The notes under the pieces are model-generated. The model did no database searches. It saw only the letters and a program-made list of their open reading frames with translations, and was not told the DNA's origin. A program made the position numbers and the translations under genes. Of a stretch of DNA of 33,820 nt, positions 13,174 through 26,836 are shown in pieces. Numbering within the stretch: the first letter of the stretch is position 1; each line of letters starts with the position of its first letter. The DNA is taken from positions 1 to 33,820 of the forward strand of contig JYFJ02004261.1 in the NCBI GenBank assembly GCA_000934665.2, given 5' to 3'. This DNA is from Catajapyx aquilonaris (lineage: Eukaryota).

Positions 13174-15004
13174 TAACCTTACTTGATAGTTACCATTGGC
13201 GGGAATCAAATTGAGATAAGTTTTAACGTGAATTTGCTTCCTTCGCTTACGGGTTTGACGTCACATCCTTTGGGAGATTAGGCTAAAATTCAGCTCGCGT
13301 TTTGGCCGGAAGCAGCGCTTCGAACCCTCTCGTGAGCCTAGAGCCGGTCGCGATAGACTGCCGTTAATTTTCATAGACGTTTTAACGACGTGTAAAATGG
13401 GAGTTCGTTATACCATGACAAAGTAGCAGGGCTTTATTAATCACATTAATTTTTGGTGAGTGACATGAAGAAGGTGTGCACTGTACATACATGTTGAACA
13501 GTGTTGTTACGTTACCAATCTGAGGCGGAGAAATCATTGGTGCACACATGCCTGCAATAATTACACAGCTACAATGTAACATTGTCTTTCGCGGAAAACT
13601 TTGCATCATTACTTGAAACAACCCATCCAACCGCTCTCTTCATCATTATTTCGCAAACGCACTTCTGATTTTCTTTTTTCACGCAATTTTTGCGTCAAAA
13701 CTTGGCACTAAAACTCCGAGCACATAATTAGACTCTCCTGTTCATTACACGAGTTTCTCTCTCCACTGTCTTCAAAAGTTTCCTCGATAATAATCCCACG
13801 CTCGAGATATCCGTTTTGTGTACCAGCCACAAACGAAGCCATTGTTGCTCGGCACTTTGATGGATTGCGTTACTCTCTTCTCTTCTCGCTTTACTGTACA
13901 GTATATACACCACACAAGTCCTGAAGCTGCATCAGCAGCAAAGAGTAAGACATTTCAACTTTGCAGGCCTCATTTTGCCAGCCCTGTAATTATCGCCACC
14001 CCCAACTTTGCACTTATATCCGAGAGCGATTGTGTCCAATTATCGCATTTTTACCACTCTTTACTTTCTCCTTTTTGCGTAACAACTCTCTCTAGGAGTT
14101 GGAGGGAGCTTTTGTTCCTGCAGCGCGATTGTTCTCACGCACGGCGGAAGAATCGGCGCGGCGGGGGCGAAAAAAGTAGTTCCAGTGTTGGAATTACGAA
14201 GACGTGTGCAGGGTGGTTGGAATTAGAAGGATGTAAAATGGGGGAAGGGGGAGGGGGTTTGAAAGGAGAGGTGGCTGCTGGAAGGGTGTCGGGCCTTTCC
14301 TTCCGGCTCTTTTCGAGGGAAAGGCGGGGAGAACCAGTGAACGAAATGTGCGAGCGAGCGAGCGAAAAGGCGATGAAGTCTGCAGGGAAGGCTGCAGGAA
14401 AGCGGAACACCAAATCGAATGGGGGGTGACTACCGGGTGTCTATTAAGCTTTTAGAGAAAATTCATTGTCACTGACGGATAATTTTACGTATAGGGTTGT
14501 GCATTATTTGCACAGTTTCAACCTATAGCCATTTTAGTAAGTTGGTTGATTAGGAAGGAGCCAAAGCAACTATGGCTATGAGAAGACACATAGGTGACAG
14601 ACAGGAGAGAGAAATGAAGAGATGAATATCTCTTTTTGTCTGTCTCCTACCACAAAGACATGTCCCGGCTTGAGATACCCTGCCAGTAGCTTACTGCAGA
14701 TGAAGCTACCACCGGCATAGCTCTTTGGGGTCATGGGAGAAAAACAACCGTTTAAGTAGGAAGGCCTTCAACCCATGTTACCTTACCTAGCCTCGCCTGT
14801 AGCCTAGCCTAACCTTCCCTGCAATTCCTCTGCTTAACTGGTAATTTTGCAATCTCCTGTTGTTCAGGCAGAAAGCTGTAATAGTAAATATTAAGCGAAT
14901 ATAATTAATATACACCTAGTTGTATACCGTGGCACCTTTCTCAAGGAACAGTTCAGCAGACCATGCAGATTTCCCCGGTTGTCTTCACTTTTTGGGAGGT
15001 TTGT

Positions 15005-15024
15005 AGAGAGAGAGAGAGAGAGAG
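15005..15024 (+). repeat. (AG)10 microsatellite
   Basis: Read directly from the sequence. Confidence 0.9.
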
Positions 15025-18000
15025 TTGGGAGAGTAGTGTAGAGAGGGATAGGAGGAGAAGAGGTTGCTTAACCACCTGCAGCAACTTCCAATTTGGCCCC
15101 TAATTAAACGTCATCCTTGCAGCATTTCTGGAAATCCCCGAATTAAATTCCTGGAGGGGGCCCTCTAAGGCTTGGCGCCGCTGATTACGGTTTGTTGCTT
15201 TACAGATGTAATGCCGCGCTTCGGAGAGCGTGATTTATCCGTTACGCCCGTCACTTGCAATAACTAGTAGTATGGCATATAGACAATCTTCTCACTGCCA
15301 GCTAGACACTCACTTTCTCAAGGTCACCAGTGCTGGCAATGATCATCCCAAATCTGAGATTTGTGCTCTTATACAGTCTATCTATGTGCAAGCAATAAGT
15401 ATCAATGAATGAATGGATGGATATAAATTCTAGTGCAAGGTTTTTTTTTGGTTCAAGATTTTCCCCAGCAGAACTTGTTATGAATGAGTCGAGCATGACT
15501 TTTCGTTGCCGTTTTTGTTTTCCGGCATTAGAACAGCAATTTGGCAAGCAAAGCCTTCTTCCACTCCCCTGCAGAAAAGGAATCTGCAGGAAATAACAAA
15601 TGACCCGGCGAGAGGCATTTGGCTGGCAATTGTCTTCATTACTACAGACCGCCGGGGGTTGAAAAATGGCGAAAATTTAAGCCTTATTTCTTCTCCCGTC
15701 ATGTTAAGGGCGTGGGCCGCCAAACAAAAAGAGAGACGGTAAAGATGGCGCCTCATTATACGATTCATAACGATCAAAGCCGTGCATGCATTCACCATAC
15801 ATATTACAGGATGCAACCAGCGTTAACGAGAAGCAGCGCTCTAATGGCCACCGAATATTACTGTCACGTACAATATAATGCTTGCATGGATAAAGAACGT
15901 TATATAATTCCAGCTAGGCGTGTATCGCTCCTTTTCTTCTTCTTCTTCTTTATCCAGCCGCCAGTCACAATTCACTAAATCTGGCTAGCCGCCTCCACAG
16001 AGTAGTTAAGTGAAGGGCTTTGGCTTAGGTAGAAAATCTACTCGTTACTCCAAAGTTGCTAACGACATATTTTATTCCCTGCAGAGAGAAATGTGGCGTC
16101 CTGACAATGATTTGTGGCCTGAATATTCCTCAAACGCCATGTGCTTAATAAGCTCCTTGATTTATGGCCCATTGCTCTCTACCACTCCAGCGATTAAGTC
16201 CCTGCCAAAATTTCTACCAACCCACCCTACCTGTAGCACACCCTCTCTACAATAATAATTATACACTAAATGATGTAATGTGCTGAAACTGCCTGTCTGT
16301 GAACGAGTCTCGATCGCGAATGACACGCGTCTGCTTGATTTGTCATGGAATCACCCTGTCGCGCAATGCTATAGAGTCTATAACGGGTCTTAGGCCAATT
16401 CCCTGGAGTCGGGCCCAGCAGCTTTCAAAGCCCCGCGAGTGCTGAGAGGATCATTTGTAATGCAGCTCATTTCCTAGTGTAACTTTACTCTGCAGGCTCC
16501 ATCCATCCCCTCTATGTAAATGTTCATGTGTATAATTCCTAAGAGTTTCGACTGGAGGGAGGGATGGGAGGGGAAGGGAGGAACACACAGAGAGAGGTGG
16601 GGGGAGGAGAAGAAAAGCCTCTAAAAAGATCTGCAGAGGTTTTTAACTCTTTTCAAAACTGTTAATTACAGCAGTGCTTGTGTGTGCAGTAGGCTTACGT
16701 GACTGTTCAACTATGATGAGGGCTTTTGTGTAACTTACTCCAACCTATATATACCAGGACCAGGGCTTCTTGCTGCCATTTTTAAATACATTAAAACTCT
16801 GGCATATATGACTTGCAATCTCCAAAATGAAGATTTAACTATTGCGCTGCCTCAAGCTGTAACGCACTGAAATTCATATTTGAAAATAAAACGACCTTCC
16901 AGTTCTCACAAACTGGGCTCAGACACACTACACACTGTATCGTGTAAGGGACGCAGGTAAAGCCAAGAACATGACATTAAACATGACTTTGACTGCCCCA
17001 TAACTGCCGATCATATTTCCACTTTTACAGCAATGAGACCTCATAACCGTGTCGGTAAATAAAAAAAGGTGGCATTGATATAAATTTACGGCCCCGAATA
17101 AAGAACTTACACTGGCAGGGCCCATTATTCTGTCCCGGAAATGGCGAAAGAGGGACAGTGACCAAGTTAGTCCAGGGGACAAACCACCTGAACCCATCAG
17201 TCTTGGTGCGGCATTTTGCCAGCTCCTTTAGAAGTGACCAAAATTTATGGGTCGCATCTGGTGCTACGGGTTTTGACCACGGCCAAAGGTCATCAATATT
17301 GCTCCGAAAAACCGCGGCAATTGGGTTTCCTCCAGCGGCTGATCTTTAGGTTACGCGGGTCCGTCTACTGCTGCTGCGGTTTTACTGGAGCTGAATCATG
17401 CGAATGGATGATTACCACCATTGACTTGTACAAGGTTGAAAGCACGTCACCTGTGGAGTAGGGGTCGGCAACTAAAAAAGAATATATTTTCCACAAATTG
17501 CTTTTGTCACTCCCGCCTCCCTTTGAAGCGACCCAGTCACGCGAATGACCCCTTCGAGACATTTTCATTTTTTGGCGACCATACGAGTTGGTTTCGTGGG
17601 TGGGATCGGATTGGCTCATCAACATCTAATAGGTGGTCCGAGTAGGGGCTGCTCCGAGGGCTGTAATTAAGCGGAGGGCCGCAAAAAAAAAAAAGTGATG
17701 GTTCCAACACAGGCTATGATTACGTGTATGGCTTTGCGTGAGTAGATTACCCCCGCAACACGTCATCCGACAGTGGGGAGAGGCGGGCGGAGGGAAGGAA
17801 AAAGGAGAGACGAAAATTCCTTGATTCAACGGAGGCCAAAACACCGGCCATTTTCCGCTGCTCTGAAGCTCATCAACTCTTTTTAATTTGCGGCATTAGA
17901 TTAGTTTTCTAAGCCACCACCAGGGTGTTAGTTCTCACAGGGCACGCTAGAGGCGATACAGTACTGAAAGTGACGTCATCGCAAACGGTGCTGCCCTCTG

Positions 18001-19195
18001 CCAGATCGTCCCTGAAACTTATTCATCTGACATGATTAGCAGGGAATTGCAACTTTTGTGATTACGCGCTCGGTACTTTTGCTCGGTACATCAGTGTGGT
18101 CAGCCCCTGTGGGCGTGCATGGAATCGGGGGGACAGGGAAGGGGTGGAGCCCACGGGCCGCCCTTAGGCCCAGACAGCCCCCCCGCACAAGCCCGCGCCT
18201 GCTCCCATAAAGTGCAGGGAACAACATTTACGGTAGGTTTTGCGAGACCATAATGCAGGAAAATGACCGCTATCGCGGGACTCATCTCCAAGCGTTAAAA
18301 AAAGAGGCCCCCACAGTCGGCGCTTTACGAGATAGTCGCAATCGGGACAGCAAATTATTTAACCCTGAGCCGCCACGGGGAGTCCCCGGGACAAAAAGAT
18401 CTGGACACATCTGCCGAATGAAAAAAAAGTCTACTCTAATCACGATTTGCCAATATTGTTTTGATCCATACTGTCCGACCCAACTACTTCGTGGTCCAAT
18501 AAATTAACACGGTGCCTGGCGCAAGAGGTGCTCCAACATACCCTATCCTGAAAATGGGGTGGTCACGGCACATTCCGGACAATGCAATGTCGTGTGCGCT
18601 ATGTTTGTTTGGTCCCAACCGCAAAAGTTACATAGCTCCAAGGCGGTGGAACGTCTCGGGCAATTTGCTCAACCCACACAATATGTAGACACAAACTACT
18701 CTTCATTTCGCCAGGGACTAAGGACAGGACACGCGAGGGGGGGGTCAAGACTTCAAAGTGTGTGTAGCCGAAAATCCGATTCTCCGGTAATAAAAGCAAA
18801 GTGAGTGCTTGTTTAATGTCGTATGGTCCGGTACGCATCGTGGACTATGCGGCGGACTGGAATTTCGGAAAATCGTCACAGGACATGAACCAAGCTAAGA
18901 GGGCCACGTTTTCATGACGCAGAAAGAAAAAAAATGAGGAGTCACGAGAAGGTTAGAGGGGACACCGTCTGCTGATCAAAAAACAGCCAAACATCATGCG
19001 CAAATGGTTGGTCGTGCTTAATAATATGACATGCATGCAGGTATACCGGAGGGGTTAACAACTTTATACAGTATCCGGTGCGGACTAGAACAATCCGAAT
19101 CGCAAAGGAACCAGACATTAAAATGTCACTAATCTTCAGAAATTATGCTGCAAATTCATATAATGTTCAGTGGTGTCACGGATTATTTGATTTAC

Positions 19196-19269
19196 CTAGA
19201 AAAACTCGAAGCGAGTGTTTCTCGAACCGCAGGCGTAGAAAAATGCGAGCGAAGCGATGGTTTTTGTAG
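19196..19269 (+). repeat. Isolated 3' terminus resembling the family B end
   Basis: CCGCAGGCGTAGAAAAATGCGAGCGAAGCGATGGTTTTTGTAGT parallels 13132-13174; the segment is bracketed by CTAGAAAAAC and GTTTTTGTAG arms. Confidence 0.45.
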
Positions 19270-20541
19270 TTTGCTTTAAAAATTTAATGAGGCACTGAGA
19301 TATTTCATTTAATTGATCTATGAACTCCCATCAATGTTTTTTTTTAAATTTCCTGACACTGGGGTGTCACCAAAAATAGATTTTATGTCACGAATAAGGG
19401 CGCTGTAAGGGCCGATTGTTAAAAAAATCGCTGGGGCTCCAATACACTCATTTATAAATGCTAGATCGATCAGTCTAAACAGTTGTGTTCGTGAGTTCTC
19501 CCCTGCACTGCATTTAATCATTAATTAGCAGGGGGTATGGGAGGGGGTAAAAAGCGAAAAAAAATCAATCAGGATTCTCTCATGCCACAGGTTAAACATA
19601 TGTTTACGGTTCTTTAGTAATTGACCGGATGGGAGAGGTTTTTTTTTTTGGGAGAGGCTTATTCAGCCGGTGGGAAACACAAAATGACTATGGGAAACAA
19701 AGCTGCGGACAATATCGATGCACAGGGTGACTCTAAAATAATTCATGGTTTCTGAACGAGTACGTGCATTTAATTTTCGCAATTATAAGTAAAGAAATAT
19801 GCATAAATATTACGTCATTTAATTTTTGCAAAATATTGACCAAATGTCTCCTCGAGTCTCCTCGTGACTCCTGGCCTCTGGTTGAACTGTCCCTTTAAAT
19901 CCATCCGAGAATAATCCGGGAGTTTCGGACACGGGCTATCTGTCTGGCCATGCCTTGTCCTATTTACACGGCATCCAATTAAGCGCGATTCTCCTTCCCT
20001 GTGAACTGGGGTCAACCCTCCCCACCCCTCACCCTCTGCCTCTCTCTGCAAAGTCACGGCCACGTCGCCAGAATGGACTGTCGACGGAGATAATTAAAGC
20101 CTTCCGACGGCAATGACATAACGGAAGACAAGATAAGGTTTAAACTGCCACTTCGCCACCAACTGAATTATAAATTTTTTTTTGGCCCTAACCACCCTGT
20201 AGTGCCATACAAACTATGCGATGTAATATTATGCGATCTGAGAATTCCTGCAGAGAACATGTGGTTATTATTAACTAGGTCTGTACCCATCCCCGTCAAA
20301 TGTCGATCACGACACTTCATGGCAAGTCGGATCCGAACAAAGCTTAACTCATTACTTGCCATTAAAAGCCAGGCTGTTAATTAGCTAATAGCGCACGAGT
20401 ATTGACAGTTCTAAGGTAATGAGGCCCGCATAATTGGAGCAGAAAAGATTCCGAACTGCAGCTGTGCTGGTCATTATTTTTAATATTTACCTTCAGAAAT
20501 ATTGATACGAACCAACAGAGCTTTTTCTCTAAAATATATGC

Positions 20542-20734
20542 TAGATATGATTTTTTAAATGAGCGCAAATTGTGGGGGTAACAATATGATCGACATCTGC
20601 GACGTTGCCAAGGCTCTTAGAGGCTACCAATGGTAATTTGGCCCCTGAGGAGTAACTGTGGCAACGTTGTCGGAAAATGTAGTTGCGCTAGTGTGGGTGC
20701 GCACTCGATTGCGCTCGTAAAAAATTCATTTATA
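20542..20734. mobile_element. Degenerate MITE with imperfect TIRs of about 26 bp
   Basis: Left TAGATATGATTTTTTAAATGAGCGCAA versus the reverse complement of the right end, TATAAATGAATTTTTTACGAGCGCAA. Both arms are similar to 1287-1414. Confidence 0.6.
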
Positions 20735-22604
20735 TGACATTTTATTTTATTTTATTTTTGTGTAAGTAGACACGAATTTATTCGTGACTTTTTGCCACTA
20801 GTCTAGCTAAAGCCTCTCGGAGTGACAAAGTGCATCACCCTCTCTCCCAGCTAAAGAGTGACAAGCGGGCTTGGTGGCACTTCCCTATCACCAATTACGT
20901 CACAAAGCCCCCTGCTGATCGTCCCTAATCGTCGAATAAAAGAGCAGGCGCAACCCTCCCCCAAATAAAATTAACTCCTGGGTTCTCCCCTGATGAACCT
21001 GGCTGCATTGAACCAGTATCTCCAATGCAGGTTTTTTTTTAAACTCTCGCTCCCATCCACCAATCAGCACGCAGTGTGCAACTCTGCCCAGGGCCCAACA
21101 CTGGGGAGGGGGGGATATATTTTTTGGTGAGTCTGTGCTGGTCCCAGTGCGGTGGTGTCATTTCCTCATAATCGGATTTAGTGTGTGCGATTTTCAGGCG
21201 CTGGGGTCGCCCGCTTTCATCAGCTGCTGATGAACAAGTAATCGATGGGTTGTCCCTCCTGAATTCTAATCAAACCATTCCCTCCACTACTCCTACAAAA
21301 AAAAAATCCCTATATATTTTTTTCTGGAATTCTCTGACCGTCAAAGCTGCATTGTGCGTCACCATATTTTTTTCTCCTCTGCGACTGCTCAATATATATT
21401 TCTTTTTCTCCGCATTTTTTTCCCCCTCTGCCCGTTCCCATCTCTGTCGGTCCAACCCACCCAGCCACCTCTTTTTTTTAACGGTCCATGTGGGACACAT
21501 CCATTTTCAGGAGGCTTCCAACGCTCTGATCATACCGAGCAGCAGACTTGGAAAGAGCTAGAGAGAGAGAGATGTAGTTTGATTTCACACCCATCACATT
21601 CCGCCATTTTTTTCTTCCTTTGCTAAACTGACCTGGCACGGTTGCTCTCGGAGTTTACGTGCGGAGATTCCCACAACATCTCCGTAAATATACGGGGCTT
21701 TCTCCGCCATTATTTTACCAGAAAAAAACAGGGACAGAAACTCAGATTGATTTCCAGGTGGAACCAAAACGTCAGTTGCACAATGTGGCAACACTGCAAA
21801 TGGGATATTACAGTCCGATCAGTTAAAATATTAATAAATTTATCATTCTTGAACAATATGCGACTCACAAAATTGGCCATAATCAACTATATTATCTGAA
21901 TTAAAATTCCGATTTCAAGTGGCGATTTCAAGTGCAAATTGTCGTCCTTTGAGCCCAGGTTTTCACTACTCGTGGTACATACCGGTATATTTAAAAAACT
22001 GAGTTTAACTTTTTTTTAAATCTAATATAATGAGGAACAACTTCCAATAAGAATTATTGCGGAACACTGAAAAATCAATCGTGGAAGCGATCCTTTTTAT
22101 TTAAATTTTTTGCAACTGTTAATATTAGTCCATTCACCTTTTATGATCGATCCGGGCCTAACAGCTCGATTATTCGGGCGAATGGGCAGTAATAGTTTGG
22201 AAGCACTACTTGACGTCATCCCCATGCAAGGGCGGCGCACTTTACTAGGGGCAGGATCACATGTTTTCGGGAGAGATTATCGGATGCCCCTCAGAGTAAT
22301 TGTTGTGGGGGGCCAAATGAGAAGGGACCCAAAACAAGTAGCCGGATGGGCCAAACTTTCGTGGGGGGGAAAAGGGTCGTCCCGAACCATCCCCTAGCGA
22401 GTGTGCCATCAGAGGCGGGTAGTGAAAAGAGCCAGGGTATAATATCCATCCGGGGTATGGCCCAGTCCGGATCCAGAGGACTCGTTGGGAGGATCCGCAT
22501 TTATCCGGGGGATTAAAAGCCTACCTGATGCAATCGCCAGGCTTGGTCGGGTTCCCCCCCTTGCGTTTCACTTGCCAAAAATACCGGAAATCGTCTGGTT
22601 GTGG

Positions 22605-22646
22605 ACTCACGGACACACTCACCTGAAACAAACAACAGAGAGTTAG
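22605..22646 (-). promoter_or_regulatory. Candidate recursive splice site (ratchet point) or microexon
   Basis: Minus strand reads CTAAC TCTCTGTTGTTTGTTT CAG|GTGAGT GTGTCC GTGAGT: branch point about 20 nt upstream, pyrimidine-rich tract, acceptor fused to a consensus donor, and a second donor 12 nt downstream. Confidence 0.62.
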
Positions 22647-22816
22647 AATAACTGGTATACTGCACAGCACAGGCATAGAAGTATAGTCAGCGACCCTCCG
22701 TGAATGCTAGTCTGGCACCTCCCACTTTCCAAATTTCCACAAAGGATCCCAGGTTGCCAGATTGCATAAGGGACGGTTTTTGAAAGAATGTTGTTACGGT
22801 ACTTTATAGAAAACAA

Positions 22817-23086
22817 CTAGCAGGAGACCCGTTCCTCGGAAGGTGATTGATAAATCAAAGAAATCTGTGCCACTATTTCTGCAGATGAGACACCAAACAT
22901 CATATTTTAAACAATTCTAAATTTTGGGTATTAGACTTTTAAAAATTGCAGTTTTTGTACTTTTTCCTCAATCAGCGTCACGTAAGATGTCATTGTGCCA
23001 AGTTTCAGCACTTTCAGTACTCTAAAAGTGGGTTAGGTAACCGTGACATACATAAATACCAACAAACTTTCTGCTTTATATATGCA
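22817..23086 (-). mobile_element. Non-autonomous Helitron-like element (minus strand)
   Basis: Minus strand begins near CATATATAAAGCAGAAAGTTTGTTGGTAT (terminal TC degenerate) and ends ACCTTCCGAGGAACGGGT (hairpin) CTCCTGCTAG|T. Confidence 0.72.
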
Positions 23087-26000
23087 TTACATCATAATTA
23101 TCTAAATATCAATTTACATATGAAAATCACAAGCACCTGAGTAACATTTCCTTTGCCAGTTGAAGGTTTTTAATGAGATACTGTTGGCTTCACTTGGTAC
23201 CCTCACCCCCTCGGAGCATGCGTGGAAATTTTAAAAGTGGGAGGTGCCAGATATGCCTTCTGGGAGGGCCGCTGCCTATAGCAATGAAATTTGGTATCCT
23301 GACACTTCAGAGCTTCCCATCAGCCTCTCTTGTACCGCGGGCAGCCTCCATTACAGGATATACAGCCATAATACGTAACCGATTTCTTTCGCGGTGAAAA
23401 TAATTCCACTAGGTGTTCTCGTCCCTAATTGGCTTTCTCTGCAGCCGCTTTTCGTCGCTTGGAAGTGTCGGGTTGGTGGTCCAGTGTCCCCCTAAGTCCA
23501 GAGTCCGGTCACGTCCCTCCTTTCTGTAGGTCCCAGTCGGGTCCTTGACTCTTTCTGGCAGCTCGCACGTGTCACACTCGGCTGGCCCAGACACACAGAA
23601 GCCCACAGAAAAAGTCGTCCAAGTCCCACAGGGGGATTGAGGGGGGGAAACTAAATAAAAACGTAGGGAGGGACCCTCTTAGCTGATTACAGGAGGTCAC
23701 ACACGTGCATTCACACATATTAGAGGAGCCTCAGACGGTGACAAAGAGTGGGTACGTGAGCCATGGGAAATACGTGGGATGGAGCCTGCCAAAATCAGAG
23801 AGAGAAGTAGGGGGGGGGGGNCCCAGCACCATCATCCGAAGCGAGGTGAATTTGCCTCCAGACCGACAGCTTTTACGCTTCATGAATGCAGTGCCTTTGC
23901 AATATGATTGCGCGCTCAAGCTCCGCCGTGTATTGCGGCACTTTGAGCGATAACACGGGTGTAGACATCGGTTGGGTGGTGTACCCCAGAGGTACATTCG
24001 AGGGCAAAACACCTCGCACTGATTGCCGAATGTGGGTCACTTCTGGCAGAGGATGAAAGGCGGTTTATATCCGCTGCTCCCACAGGACTTGAATAAGCAT
24101 AACCAAGAAAGAGGCATGAGTTTCTGAACACTAGATAACAAGCACTGTTACCTTCCCTTCATGATGTTAAACCCTCCAGGCGTTTAGTCCTCTTCAACTC
24201 ATTTTCCAAAATTGGAAAATTGAAAGGTTTTTTGAGATTCACCCTCCAGAAGTTACACTTTGATCGAGTGAGCGTGCCATTATTAGCCCCGCCTATTTGC
24301 TCAATAATATTCCGGCCGAAGCTCAAGGAGTCATTATTTCCGGATTGAATTCGGGTACAAAGCACTTGAACGCCCGGATTTATCAGCGGATAGGCCTCTC
24401 AGTTGTTTGAAAGGAAGAGGAGGAGGAGGAGAGGCTTAAATAGAAATTAGCTCCAGTTGGTCGGTCATACCTGGAGCGCAATGTTGTTTCTCACGCGAGC
24501 TGCACTGCAGCTGCATCGATCTGTATTTGCTTGGTTCGGGATGGAGTTCTTACGTGTGAAAGTATAATGAAGTTATTCCGGAGCTCTAACCCTTCTGCTA
24601 ACTGACAACCGTGATTATGATTAATTAGAGCCTCCTCTCTTTCTCTCTCTCATCCTACGTATATACTGCTTGCCTTTGCCCAATGAATCGCGAGCAGAGC
24701 GTCGACTAAACTTAAACTCGCAACTCTGTCGCTTTTATTTTTGGCAGTCACTTACAATGTGATACAGACAAAATGATATTAATTAACGGGCGTCAAGTTT
24801 TGCTTCCGCTCTTGGATTGGCTGCGTTTGTTCAAAAGTACTCAGGGTTGCAGAACAAACGAATTGAAAGTGTTCCCCCCCAGTGCTTGCATGTTTAAAAC
24901 GCTCCAGTGCACACAGTTGAGATTAGCCAATAAAATTAATGCAAGAAGGGAGATCTTGCTTAAACAAACGAACTTGTAACGATCCTAAATACTCGTAGAG
25001 TTTGAGAAATATCAACTCATTATTTTGCATAAGTTTTTCTTTTGAAGACATGCCTACATTTTGATGATGTGTATTATTATTATTATTTGCAATCGACACT
25101 TACGCTCAGGTGGCCAAATTTCCCGAAGTTTCTCTTTGAGACGTGGTAACAATAGAGTGCATCACCACATGAAGGGTATGCAATTTCAGGGATGCAAATT
25201 CCCTTCCTGCGGGGTGTATCGCGTGACACTCCGGCGGCACATTGCACATAGACGAACTTGTAGTGCGCTGTTGATGAAGGATGGTTGTTGAAGTGCTCTT
25301 TCTGAAGGGTATATGAGTCGTATGTAGTGAGGATGAGAGAGGGGGGAGAGGGAGACGAAAACTCTCTCTCTCCTATACCACCCACCCTCTTCACAGCTTC
25401 GAATGACGCATAGCACCATAAATCAGTTGGCCAAGGCAAAGAGAGAAGCCCTGCCTGCCACTCCTATACATAAAGGCTATCGTGTTGACTCACAAAAAGG
25501 CGGTGCTCGAGAAAAAAAAGAAAACCGCTAATTACGGTTGGACCAGTGCTCCAAAATATCGGATGGACCAACAGCAGGTCGATTTTTATTTCCTCCTTTC
25601 ACCGTAGACAAACTGTCAGCTACTCCAGCACTGTTGGTACAAACTATTTGCAGTACTCGACACATTAATTTTCAGACACACAAAGTCGTTTAAAATTTCA
25701 GTCCACTGGCAACACCTTGTATCGGTTTCTCGTCAGATATAGTTCCAACCCTGGGCTTCTTCCTTCCTTCCTTCCTTCCACCGACTCTCTCGTGCATGAA
25801 AATTGCGGCTACATCCAATCTTCACCAGCTTCTTTCCCACTCAATTCAGTGCTTCATCGCGGCACTCATGCCAAAGACGCCCTCCCCCCCTTCTTACCCT
25901 CTATACCTCTTCCCTTTTCCTTCCAAGTCTTCTATTTTCTACCCTCAAAATGAATTTTCATCTTCCTTTTGTTCCCGAGGCTTCCAGCAGTTTTCCCTCC

Positions 26001-26738
26001 AGCGACATAAACATTTTGCTGAGCTGCTGATACTTTTAAACCGAATATGCAGCAGACTCGACGCTCCAGACAAACGACTTTAAGACAGGGGGGAAAGAGA
26101 AGAAGGAAGGAGGAGGAGGAGGAGAGAGAAAAAGCAAAATGTTCTCGAGTTACTTTTGCCACCAGGCATTGTTTGAATCCCGGTCTCTGATTCCATTCCC
26201 AGCAGCTCTTAATGGCGTCTCTCTTTGTTATATTCCAGCCAGGGGAAGGGATATTGACCCGGGCGTAATGCGTGGCTTCCGGTAATTGCAGCGCGTTTAT
26301 ATAAAAAAAACCGCGACGCATTATTTTTTAGTACAGGGTGCGGCTGCTGTTACAGGAGAGAAGCAGTTAGGAGCAAGTGGACCGAGGAAATTTCACCTAA
26401 CCGTTACCATGAATCATCTGGCAACCTGGCTATATAGTTGAAGGCCTTCCTACTCGAGAGGAAACTAATGGCACCCCTGCTCGTCGTGTGATATGAAATC
26501 AGCCAGAAAATCTATATTCCCCTTAATATTCTGTCTGTACACCAGTTTGTCCGTGTTGACTCATCGCCTACAGGTAGTAGTTACCATAGTTTTCACTTTC
26601 CCATTCAACAATTAGAGGACATGTAGCGGTCAGAGAGGGTGGGACCCACTTCAATGGAGATTAGACACGCCTGGTTATAGCACCTTGGTGGGCTTTGTCC
26701 GCGTGGTGACTCATCACCAACGTGCATGCACTACTTTC

Positions 26739-26836
26739 ACAAACGTCTGGCCAGAGGAACATGGCTCTTCTATCCGGCCAATCACAGACGGGCGCTCCCC
26801 CGCGCCACAGGAGAAGTGTGGCATGCGCTTGTACTT
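26739..26836 (+). repeat. Left TIR of MULE
   Basis: Reverse complement of 28448-28545 with 96/98 identity; contains a GGCCAATC (CCAAT) motif. Confidence 0.95.

Noticed and set aside
13818..14429. 203-aa ORF
   Set aside because: Low-complexity purine-rich sequence, non-ATG start and no recognisable domain.
23810..23821. Long G run ending in an N (also G runs at about 4288 and 8842) as G-quadruplex elements
   Set aside because: Simple homopolymers; the ambiguous base suggests assembly uncertainty.
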